64,000 bases of DNA from a virus (taxonomy: Duplodnaviria; Heunggongvirae; Uroviricota; Caudoviricetes). The position numbers and the translations under genes are program-made. The notes beneath the pieces were generated by a model, which had not been told where the DNA came from, ran no database searches, and was given only the letters and a program-made list of their open reading frames with translations. The DNA is taken from IMG/VR virus record IMGVR_UViG_2939521961_000009; one strand, 5' to 3'. Of the stretch, positions 55,916 to 64,000 are shown one piece after another (position 1 is the first letter of the stretch; each line of letters opens with the position of its first letter).

Positions 55916-58387
55916 ATGAGTAAAGTCTTTATTTGCGCCGCTATTCCTGACGAACTGGCAACAAGGGAAGAAGGCTCTGTGGCTGTAGCCACAGCCATTG
56001 AAGCTGGCGACGAACGCCGTGCTCGAGCAAAATTTCACTGGCAGTTCCTGGAACATTATCCGGCTGCTCAGGACTGCGCTTATAAATTTATTGTCTGCGA
56101 GGATAAACCTGGCATACCCCGCCCTGCCCTCGATTCATGGGATGCTGAATATATGCAGGAAAACCGCTGGGATGAGGAGTCTGCTTCTTTTGTCCCGGTT
56201 GAGACTGAATCCGATCCGATGAACGTCACTTTTGACAAGCTGGCCCCTGAAGTACAGAACGCTGTCATGGTTAAGTTCGACACATGTGAAAACATCACCG
56301 TTGATATGGTTATTAGCGCACAGGAATTGTTGCAGGAAGACATGGCAACATTCGACGGACATATCGTTGAAGCGTTGATGAAAATGCCAGAAGTTAACGC
56401 CATGTATCCGGAGCTTAAGTTGCACGCCATTGGGTGGGTTAAGCATAAATGTATTCCTGGTGCTAAATGGCCCGAAATTCAGGCAGAGATGCGCATCTGG
56501 AAAAAACGTCGCGAAGGTGAACGCAAGGAAACCGGAAAATACACGTCTGTTGTTGATCTCGCCCGCGCCAGAGCCAATCAACAGTACACTGAAAATTCAA
56601 CAGGAAAAATCAGCCCGGTCATTGCTGCCATTCATCGCGAATACAAGCAGACATGGAAAACACTGGATGACGAACTGGCCTACGCTCTCTGGCCTGGTGA
56701 TGTGGATGCCGGAAACATTGACGGCAGCATCCATCGCTGGGCAAAAAAAGAAGTTATCGACAACGACCGCGAAGACTGGAAGCGTATCTCGGCATCAATG
56801 CGCAAACAGCCTGATGCCCTTCGCTACGACCGCCAAACTATTTTTGGCCTTGTCCGTGAGCGTCCGATCGACATTCACAAAGATCCCGTAGCACTGAACA
56901 AATATATCTGCGAATACCTGACGACAAAGGGCGTGTTTGAGAATGAAGAAACAGACCTGGGCACTGTTGATGTTCTCCAGTCATCAGAAACACAAACTGA
57001 TGCAGTGGAAACTGAGGTATCTGATATCCCAAAAAATGAAACCGCGCCGGAAGCTGAACCATCTGTAGAGCGTGAGGGGCCGTTCTATTTCCTCTTCGCA
57101 GATAAGGACGGAGAAAAATACGGTCGCGCAAACAAACTTTCTGGTCTGGATAAGGCACTGGCTGCTGGCGCCACTGAAATCACAAAAGAAGAATATTTTG
57201 CCCGAAAAAATGGCACATACACGGGCTTACCGCAAAATGTAGATACCGCTGAAGATTCAGAACAACCAGAGCCGATAAAAGTTACCGCTGACGAAGTAAA
57301 CAAAATTATGCAGGCAGCCAATATCAGCCAGCCTGACGCCGATAAGTTGCTTGCTGCATCACGTGGTGAATTTGTTGAAGGGATTAGTGACCCGAATGAT
57401 CCGAAATGGGTTAAGGGGATCCAGACCCGCGATTCTGTGAACCAGAACCAGCATGAATCGGAACGGAACTACCAAAAAGCGGAACAAAACAGTCCAAATG
57501 CGTTACAAAACGAGCCAGAAACGAAACAGCCTGAACCAGTGGCGCAACAGGAAGTGGAAAAAGCCTGCACCGCCTGCGGTCAGACCGGCGGCGGCAACTG
57601 CCCTGATTGTGGCGCGGTGATGGGCGACGCAACATACCAAGAAACATTCGATGAAGAGTATCAGGTTGAAGTTCAGGAAGATGATCCGGAGGAAATGGAA
57701 GGCGCTGAACATCCACACAAGGAGAACACTGGCGGCAATCAGCATCACAATAGCGATAATGAAACTGGCGAGACGGCAGATCACCCAATTAAGGTGAACG
57801 GTCATCACGAAATCACATCCACCAGCAGGACGTGTGACCATCTAATGATCGACCTTGAAACCATGGGAAAAAATCCTGATGCCCCGATCATCTCAATAGG
57901 TGCAATATTTTTCGATCCGCAAACCGGAGATATGGGACCGGAATTTAGTAAGACTATCGATCTGGAAACTGCTGGCGGAGTCATTGATCGGGACACCATT
58001 AAATGGTGGCTTAAGCAATCACGCGAAGCGCAATCTGCCATTATGACCGATGAAATCCCGTTAGATGATGCACTGTTACAATTGCGGGAATTTATCGACG
58101 AAAACTCCGGTGAATTTTTTGTTCAGGTCTGGGGAAATGGAGCCAACTTCGACAACACGATTTTGCGCCGTTCATACGAACGGCAGGGGATCCCCTGCCC
58201 GTGGCGTTACTACAACGATCGCGATGTACGCACAATCGTTGAGCTGGGGAAAGCCATAGACTTCGATGCCAGAACGGCTATTCCATTCGAAGGTGAGCGC
58301 CATAATGCACTTGATGACGCCCGTTACCAGGCAAAATACGTTTCAGTTATCTGGCAAAAACTGATCCCGAGTCAGGCTGATTCTTAA
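55916..58387 (+). CDS. YdfE-like protein with C-terminal DEDDh-type 3'-5' exonuclease domain
   Basis: 823 aa; N-terminus MSKVFICAAIPDELATREEG... YdfE-like; C-terminal DLETMG ... WGNGANFD ... HNALDDA motifs. Confidence 0.7.
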   Translation: MSKVFICAAIPDELATREEGSVAVATAIEAGDERRARAKFHWQFLEHYPAAQDCAYKFIVCEDKPGIPRPALDSWDAEYMQENRWDEESASFVPVETESDPMNVTFDKLAPEVQNAVMVKFDTCENITVDMVISAQELLQEDMATFDGHIVEALMKMPEVNAMYPELKLHAIGWVKHKCIPGAKWPEIQAEMRIWKKRREGERKETGKYTSVVDLARARANQQYTENSTGKISPVIAAIHREYKQTWKTLDDELAYALWPGDVDAGNIDGSIHRWAKKEVIDNDREDWKRISASMRKQPDALRYDRQTIFGLVRERPIDIHKDPVALNKYICEYLTTKGVFENEETDLGTVDVLQSSETQTDAVETEVSDIPKNETAPEAEPSVEREGPFYFLFADKDGEKYGRANKLSGLDKALAAGATEITKEEYFARKNGTYTGLPQNVDTAEDSEQPEPIKVTADEVNKIMQAANISQPDADKLLAASRGEFVEGISDPNDPKWVKGIQTRDSVNQNQHESERNYQKAEQNSPNALQNEPETKQPEPVAQQEVEKACTACGQTGGGNCPDCGAVMGDATYQETFDEEYQVEVQEDDPEEMEGAEHPHKENTGGNQHHNSDNETGETADHPIKVNGHHEITSTSRTCDHLMIDLETMGKNPDAPIISIGAIFFDPQTGDMGPEFSKTIDLETAGGVIDRDTIKWWLKQSREAQSAIMTDEIPLDDALLQLREFIDENSGEFFVQVWGNGANFDNTILRRSYERQGIPCPWRYYNDRDVRTIVELGKAIDFDARTAIPFEGERHNALDDARYQAKYVSVIWQKLIPSQADS

Positions 58388-58582
58388 TGTTCAACTGTCG
58401 CCGGTTGTGACTGGTATTCTGCAACCGGCGCTCGTCTGATGTAAGAGATAAAGAAATCGATGAGCGAAGTAATCATGATTGTCTCTCCCGGCAAATGGGT
58501 ATCCGAAGAGCAGTTAATTGCGCTGAAAGGAATAAAAAAAGGTACGTTAAAAGTAAGCGACTCGTCAGAACCGTATTGATAT

Positions 58583-60154
58583 TTACTGAGAGCTCAGATC
58601 AACTTTCCAGGGCAACAGATCGCGTACCCGGTTTGCCGGCCAGTCCTGGATATGTTCAATGACGTAACGCAGCCACTTTTCTGGCTCCACATTGTTCAGA
58701 CGGCATGTGCCGATCAGCGAGTACAACACCGCCGCATGTTCACCACCGCTGTCGGAACCCGCGAACATCCAGTTTTTCCGGCCTACGGCCACTCCCCGTA
58801 AGGCGTTCTCTGCGATGTTGTTGTCGATTTCCACCCAGCCATTACTGCAGTACACGTTCAGTGCATCCCACTGTTTCAGCAGGTATGCGAACGCTTTTGC
58901 CGTATCTGAGTGACGCGACAGTGTTTTCATCTGTTGCTGTATCCAGTCATACAGTGACTGCATCAGTGGCGCGGCTCTGGCTTTTCTTGCCGCCAGACGC
59001 TGTTCTGCTGAACAGCCCCGGACCTCTGCCTCGATGGCATACAGTTCACCGATACGCTGCAGGGCTTCCGTGGTGATGTAGGTGGGCGCTCTTGCATGCA
59101 CATCGTGGATTTTTCTCCGGGCATGAGCCATACACGCGGCTTCCGTTATTCTGCCGGATTCGTATAACGCCCGGTAACCACCGTAAGCATCGGCCTGAAG
59201 CACACCGCTGTAACCGGCCAGGTGATTTTGTGGATGGATACCTTTCCGGTCCGGACTGTACGCGAACCAGACCGCCGGGGGCATCTGTGAACCGGCGTTA
59301 CGGTCATCACGGACGTAGACCCACAGCCGGGCTGTCCGGGTTTTACCGCTGCCCGGCTCCTGGACCGGGACGGGGATATCATCAGCATGGACTTTACCGG
59401 GCATCAGCACATACTGGCGCAGGACGTCATACAGCGGCTCCAGCAGTTCAGCAACAGCACCTGTCCAGCGCCCCAGTGTGGCACGGCTCAGCTCCACTCC
59501 CTGACGACGGTATATTTCTGACTGGCAGTATAACGGCAGATGGTCTGCATATTTCCCGGTGACAACATGGGCCAGAAGCCCCGCTCCGGCATAACTGCGT
59601 GCAATGGGTTTTGAAGGTACTGGTGCCTGCACGATATGGTCGCACCGGCAACAGGCCTGTTTCGGACGTTGTGTTTCGATAACCTTAAAGGCGCTGCTGA
59701 TAAGCTCCAGTTGCTCTGACACATCACATCCCAGAGAACTGAGTTCACCACCACAGGCAGGACAGCATTCCTCTTCCGGCCGGATAACCCGGGTTTCACG
59801 GGGAAGTGAGGCCGGTAACGGTTTACGGGCTGAAGACTGGCGCAGGGCGGATGGCAGTACCGGGTCATATTGCTCACCCAGCGTTTCCGCCATTTCTTCC
59901 TGAAGTGCGCTGATTCGCTCCTGTGCTTCCTGTATCTGCCGTTCGGTTTTTGCACGAAGTTTTTCTGAGCTTTTACCGAACTGCATACGTTGCAGTTTCG
60001 CAACCAGCGCCTTCAGCCGGTTGATTTCGGAAGCATAAGCCGCCACCCGCTGTGAGAGCAGGCGGTTGTATTCAGCCATCTGGCGGATGGTGTCCTGTTG
60101 CGTCTGCAACAGTGCCCGCAGGCGGGCGTTCTCATGAGCAAGTGAGGTGTCCAT
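58583..60154 (-). CDS. IS66-family transposase TnpC
   Basis: 523 aa; leucine-zipper-like N-terminus, CxxC zinc motif, IS66-type DDE region. Confidence 0.85.
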   Translation of the reverse strand: MDTSLAHENARLRALLQTQQDTIRQMAEYNRLLSQRVAAYASEINRLKALVAKLQRMQFGKSSEKLRAKTERQIQEAQERISALQEEMAETLGEQYDPVLPSALRQSSARKPLPASLPRETRVIRPEEECCPACGGELSSLGCDVSEQLELISSAFKVIETQRPKQACCRCDHIVQAPVPSKPIARSYAGAGLLAHVVTGKYADHLPLYCQSEIYRRQGVELSRATLGRWTGAVAELLEPLYDVLRQYVLMPGKVHADDIPVPVQEPGSGKTRTARLWVYVRDDRNAGSQMPPAVWFAYSPDRKGIHPQNHLAGYSGVLQADAYGGYRALYESGRITEAACMAHARRKIHDVHARAPTYITTEALQRIGELYAIEAEVRGCSAEQRLAARKARAAPLMQSLYDWIQQQMKTLSRHSDTAKAFAYLLKQWDALNVYCSNGWVEIDNNIAENALRGVAVGRKNWMFAGSDSGGEHAAVLYSLIGTCRLNNVEPEKWLRYVIEHIQDWPANRVRDLLPWKVDLSSQ

Positions 60155-60173
60155 ATCCTCACTTTACAACGGG

Positions 60174-60521
60174 TTATATGCGGATTCCAGCGCGTTCCGT
60201 TCGTTTCGGGTGCTTCCAGTTGATACCTTCAAGAAGCATGGATAACTGAGCCGGAGTAAGGTGCACCTTGCCGTCACGGGTGACTGGCCAGACGAAGCGG
60301 CCCCGCTCCAGGCGTTTGGTGAAGAGGCACAGTCCGTCACTGTCAGCCCACAACACTTTTATCTGGTCACCCCGGCGTCCGCGGAAGATGAACAGGTGTC
60401 CGGAGAACGGGTCATCCTTCAGGACGTTCTGAACTTTTGATGCCAGGCCGTTAAAGCCATTTCGCATATCGGTGATACCTGCAACCAGCCAGATACGCGA
60501 ACCTGCAGGGAGAGATATCAT
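60174..60521 (-). CDS. IS66-family Orf2 (TnpB)
   Basis: 115 aa from MISLPAGSRIWLVAGITDMR... Confidence 0.8.
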   Translation of the reverse strand: MISLPAGSRIWLVAGITDMRNGFNGLASKVQNVLKDDPFSGHLFIFRGRRGDQIKVLWADSDGLCLFTKRLERGRFVWPVTRDGKVHLTPAQLSMLLEGINWKHPKRTERAGIRI

Positions 60522-60622
60522 CAGTGGCTGCTCCCTTTTATTTCGCGGATAAGTGTCTGTAATAACGCCGGCGTCAGTTTGAGGTGTACTGGCAATAGCG
60601 GACACTACCATTTGTTCTTTTT

Positions 60623-61441
60623 TTAAGCAGCCATCTGATGATATTTTTCCCTGAAGGCTGCCGGGGAGATATTCCCCAGACGAGAGTGACGACGCTGACG
60701 ATTGTAGAAAATCTCAATGTATTCCCGTATTACTGAGATGGCTTCATCCCGGTTATTAAAACGATAGTGGCTCAGGCTCTCATTTTTCAGCGTTCCCCAG
60801 AAGCTTTCCATCGGAGCGTTGTCGTAACAGTTACCTTTACGCGACATTGATGTTTTCAGACCAAACTGCTCCTGTATGACCCGGTAATCGTATGCGCAGT
60901 ACTGTGAACCTCGATCAGAGTGGTGGATTAGCCCGGCAGGTGGGCGCTGGCTCCTGAGCGCCATAAACAGAGCTTTACCTGTCAGCTCTTTTGTCATGCG
61001 CTCTCCCATGGCGTAGCCGACAATTTCGCACGTATAAACATCTTTGATGCCAGCGAGGTACAACCATCCCTCCTGTGTGGCAACATACGTCAGGTCCGCC
61101 ACCCAGACCTGATTTGGTGCTGTAGGAGCGAACGTCTGGTTCAGCAGATTTGGCGCAACTGGCAGATTGTGGTTCGAGTTCGTAGTCGCTCTGAACTTGC
61201 GTTTCTGCTTACAGCGTAGCCTTAGCTCCTTACGAAGACGTGCCAGTCGGTCACGACCAACGATGATGCCATTCTCTGCCAGCTCCGTCTGGAGCCGCCG
61301 GGTTCCATATGTTTCGCGAGTGCGGATATGTGCCACCTTAATCTCCAGTTTTAGCCGCTCATCACTTTGTTTTCTGTCTGAGGGTTCATGCTGTACCCAG
61401 TTGTAATAACCGCTCCTGGATACACCAAATACCTGACACAT
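60623..61441 (-). CDS. IS3-family transposase OrfB (integrase core)
   Basis: 272 aa; DDE motif region; frame continues upstream into orfA. Confidence 0.85.
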   Translation of the reverse strand: MCQVFGVSRSGYYNWVQHEPSDRKQSDERLKLEIKVAHIRTRETYGTRRLQTELAENGIIVGRDRLARLRKELRLRCKQKRKFRATTNSNHNLPVAPNLLNQTFAPTAPNQVWVADLTYVATQEGWLYLAGIKDVYTCEIVGYAMGERMTKELTGKALFMALRSQRPPAGLIHHSDRGSQYCAYDYRVIQEQFGLKTSMSRKGNCYDNAPMESFWGTLKNESLSHYRFNNRDEAISVIREYIEIFYNRQRRHSRLGNISPAAFREKYHQMAA

Positions 61442-61476
61442 CGCTTCAATGGGAAATTGTTGTCGCCATTGTTCGA

Positions 61477-61779
61477 TTAACGCGTATTTTTCAGCGACTC
61501 CTGTGCAAAATACGCTGTTGCTTTTTTTAATATATCTCGATCAAGGCGAGCTTCATTTAACGCCTTACGCAGTTGCAGAATTTCAGATTCCAGTTCAGCC
61601 ACCGTGCGGGAACCAGGAGTACCGAGCCCTTTTCTGGCGGCGGTAACCCATTGTCCTAAAGTGCCTTCAGGAAGAGATAATCGGGAAGCGCCTTCACTGA
61701 TCGAAAGTTGATTTTCAAGAACCGTTCTGACAGCTTCGGCTTTGAACTCTTTAGAGTAACGTTGGGTTTTTCTGCTCAT
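61477..61779 (-). CDS. IS3-family transposase OrfA (HTH)
   Basis: 100 aa MSRKTQRYSKEFKAEAVRTVLENQLSISEGA... Confidence 0.85.
   Translation of the reverse strand: MSRKTQRYSKEFKAEAVRTVLENQLSISEGASRLSLPEGTLGQWVTAARKGLGTPGSRTVAELESEILQLRKALNEARLDRDILKKATAYFAQESLKNTR
61523..61529 (-). other. A7 slippery heptamer for -1 programmed frameshift OrfA to OrfAB
   Basis: Minus strand TTA AAA AAA GCA in orfA frame; -1 frame reads through to MCQVFGVSR. Confidence 0.7.
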
Positions 61780-61843
61780 TATTAGCTCCTTCTGATGCCA
61801 TTCTATTTCAGGAAGGAGTGTCCGTTAAACTCAGGCTACCTCA

Positions 61844-62465
61844 GTTTACCTTTAAGCCTGAGAGTTCCGGCCGGCAGAACCAGCTCACAACACAGACTGT
61901 CGGACGGTGTATTTATCTGCTCTGGTTCCTGTGCGGGGGCCGGGATTTTATTATCCGGCTCCGGCGTTAACGTCACGGGAAGCAGTGCCGGCATATTTTT
62001 TCCGGAAGGCAGCAGGCCACCTTTCCGGTATTGATGGCGCCAGTTGAAGAGCAGGTTATCGTTGATTCCGTTTTCCCGGGCGATCTGCGCCACACAGGCT
62101 CCGGGCTGCAGTGACTGCTCCACTAAGGCGATTTTAAACTCATAAGGGAAGTTGGGCCGCCGGGGACGTTTTTTTACCACGGGGGCTTCGGATATAACGG
62201 TGCTTTCAGGACGTACGACTGGTACCGTGGAAAATTGTCCGTAAAGGCAGGCATCAAGTTCCTGCTCCGACATGCCTGCGGGCAAAGGCCACGAAAGGCC
62301 AGCTCTCCGAAAGCGCACGAACATACTACAAACTGTTGATTTTGGTACACCCAGGCGACGCCCGGCCACAACCCGGGGTAAATGTTCTTCAAAGTGAAGA
62401 CGTAAAGCTTCAGTGATCCAGGTCCGGTGTTTCATACGATAGTGTCCATTAAAAATGATGGACAT
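61844..62465 (-). pseudogene. IS66-family Orf1 (TnpA-like), C-terminus interrupted by IS600-like insertion
   Basis: Frame would continue across the insertion site to overlap orf2 start once the IS3 element and one GTT are removed. Confidence 0.55.
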
Positions 62466-62704
62466 TATTTTTGTAGAGCCGGAGGAAACAGACCAGACGG
62501 TTTAAATGAGCCGGTTACCGTTAAAAAAGGCCCGGGAAAAATCGTTTATGGAAGGAAGGGAATATAAGCATGTCGCTCATGACGGTATGCCATGGGATAA
62601 CAGTCCATGCTTTTATAACCTGGAAGAAATTGATCGCTGGATTGAGCGCCAGGCATCAGCGAGACCAAGACGTCATCTTACTTGACTAAAAGCCACACTA
62701 ACTA

Positions 62705-64000
62705 ATGAGAGAAGTTGAAATGAAATATCCGACAGGCGTGGAAAACCATGGAGGGAAATTACGTATCTGGTTTGTTTATAAAGGCGTAAGAGTCAGGGAA
62801 AATCTGGGGGTTCCTGACACATCAAAAAACAGGCGCGTTGCAGGTGAACTACGCTCCTCTGTTTGTTACGCAATAAAAACTGGTGTTTTCGACTATGCAA
62901 AACAGTTTCCCTCCTCACGCAATCTGGAAAAATTTGGTGAGGCCCGACAAGATTTAACCATAAAAGAACTGGCTGAAAAATTTTTGGCACTGAAAGAAAC
63001 TGAAGTCGCCAAAACATCACTCAACACATACCGTGCCGTCATCAAAAATATCCTGAGCATAATCGGTGAAAAAAATCTTGCCTCATCGATTAATAAAGAA
63101 AAATTACTGGAGGTTCGTAAAGAGCTACTGACTGGATACCAGATCCCCAAAAGTAACTATATTGTTACACAACCAGGGAGATCGGCTGTAACTGTAAATA
63201 ATTACATGACAAATCTTAACGCCGTGTTCCAGTTTGGTGTTGATAACGGTTACCTGGCAGATAATCCGTTTAAGGGGATCTCGCCATTAAAGGAATCAAG
63301 AACCATTCCGGATCCTCTTTCGCGGGAGGAATTTATCCGTCTTATCGATGCGTGCAGAAATCAGCAAGCAAAAAATTTATGGTGTGTTTCTGTTTATACT
63401 GGCGTTCGCCCTGGTGAGCTGTGTGCACTTGGATGGGAGGACATAGATCTGAAAAATGGAACAATGATGATCAGGAGAAATTTAGCAAAAGACCGTTTCA
63501 CGGTACCAAAAACACAGGCGGGAACCAATCGGGTCATTCATCTTATTAAGCCAGCAATCGACGCTCTCCGGAGTCAGATGACATTAACGAGACTGAGCAA
63601 AGAGCATATCATTGATGTTCACCTCAGAGAGTATGGCAGAACAGAAAAACAAAAATGCACCTTTGTTTTTCAACCTGAAGTGTCAGCGAGAGTAAAAAAT
63701 TATGGTGACCATTTTACCGTTGACTCAATAAGGCAGATGTGGGACGCAGCGATAAAACGTGCCGGACTCCGCCATCGAAAATCATATCAGTCGAGACATA
63801 CTTATGCCTGCTGGTCGCTGACAGCTGGTGCTAACCCGGCATTTATAGCAAACCAGATGGGCCATGCAGATGCGCAAATGGTATTTCAGGTATACGGAAA
63901 ATGGATGTCTGAAAACAATAATGCACAGGTAGCTTTGTTAAATACACAGTTAAGCAAGTTTGCCCCAACCATGCCCCATAACGAAGCAATGAAAAATTAA
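62705..64000 (+). CDS. Tyrosine-recombinase phage integrase (IntQ-like); stop codon at window end
   Basis: 431 aa; C-terminal catalytic region with R...HxxR...Y (RHTYA) pattern. Confidence 0.85.
   Translation: MREVEMKYPTGVENHGGKLRIWFVYKGVRVRENLGVPDTSKNRRVAGELRSSVCYAIKTGVFDYAKQFPSSRNLEKFGEARQDLTIKELAEKFLALKETEVAKTSLNTYRAVIKNILSIIGEKNLASSINKEKLLEVRKELLTGYQIPKSNYIVTQPGRSAVTVNNYMTNLNAVFQFGVDNGYLADNPFKGISPLKESRTIPDPLSREEFIRLIDACRNQQAKNLWCVSVYTGVRPGELCALGWEDIDLKNGTMMIRRNLAKDRFTVPKTQAGTNRVIHLIKPAIDALRSQMTLTRLSKEHIIDVHLREYGRTEKQKCTFVFQPEVSARVKNYGDHFTVDSIRQMWDAAIKRAGLRHRKSYQSRHTYACWSLTAGANPAFIANQMGHADAQMVFQVYGKWMSENNNAQVALLNTQLSKFAPTMPHNEAMKN

Larger units (their letters stand above)
60580..61843 (-). 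mobile_element. IS3-family insertion sequence, IS600-like (1264 bp) with 3-bp target duplication GTT
   Basis: Terminal inverted repeats TGAGGTGTACTGGCAATAGCGGACACTACC / TGAGGTAGCCTGAGTTTAACGGACACTCC; GTT at 60577-60579 and 61844-61846. Confidence 0.75.
58553..62681 (-). mobile_element. IS66-family insertion sequence (approximate ends) interrupted by a nested IS3-family element
   Basis: orf1, orf2 and tnpC in IS66 order; GTAAG-initiated imperfect terminal repeats at ~58553 and ~62681. Confidence 0.55.

Overview
The window is essentially all prophage DNA and contains two nested mobile elements. (1) Positions 1 to about 35838 are a Mu-like transposable prophage lying in reverse orientation (nearly all genes on the minus strand). 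From the left end at ~35838 downward it carries: three transposase-binding repeats, an HTH repressor, ner, MuA transposase, MuB, a lower-GC early accessory region including gam, gemA and a Mor/C-family activator, a SAR endolysin with spanins, the Mu-type head and tail modules, a tail fibre with a Pin/Gin-type invertible segment, pin, and a partial SASA-family esterase gene running off the window start. Its right end is outside the window. (2) Positions 35839 to 64000 are a Qin-like lambdoid prophage whose portal gene is cut after ~49 codons by the Mu-like insertion. It carries W, terminase A, Nu1, a putative cos site, ybcW/ydfO/gnsB-like genes, cspI, a lysis cassette, cspB/cspF, antiterminator Q, ydfU, rem, hokD, relBE, flxA with a sigma-28 promoter, a replication region interrupted by an rve-type IS, the dicC/dicA switch, ydfA-ydfBC-dicF-dicB-ydfD-ydfE, an IS66-family element with a nested IS600-like element, and a tyrosine integrase ending at the window edge. 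The most unusual signal is in the Mu-like early region: an AT-rich cassette of small translationally coupled genes whose first ORF, a 61-aa predicted membrane protein, is interrupted by a G10 homopolymer; a +1 or -2 change in tract length would restore it. No rRNA, tRNA or CRISPR array was recognised. All protein identifications come from reading the translations against remembered family features; no database search was run. Many start codons are approximate because the ORF track admits non-ATG starts.
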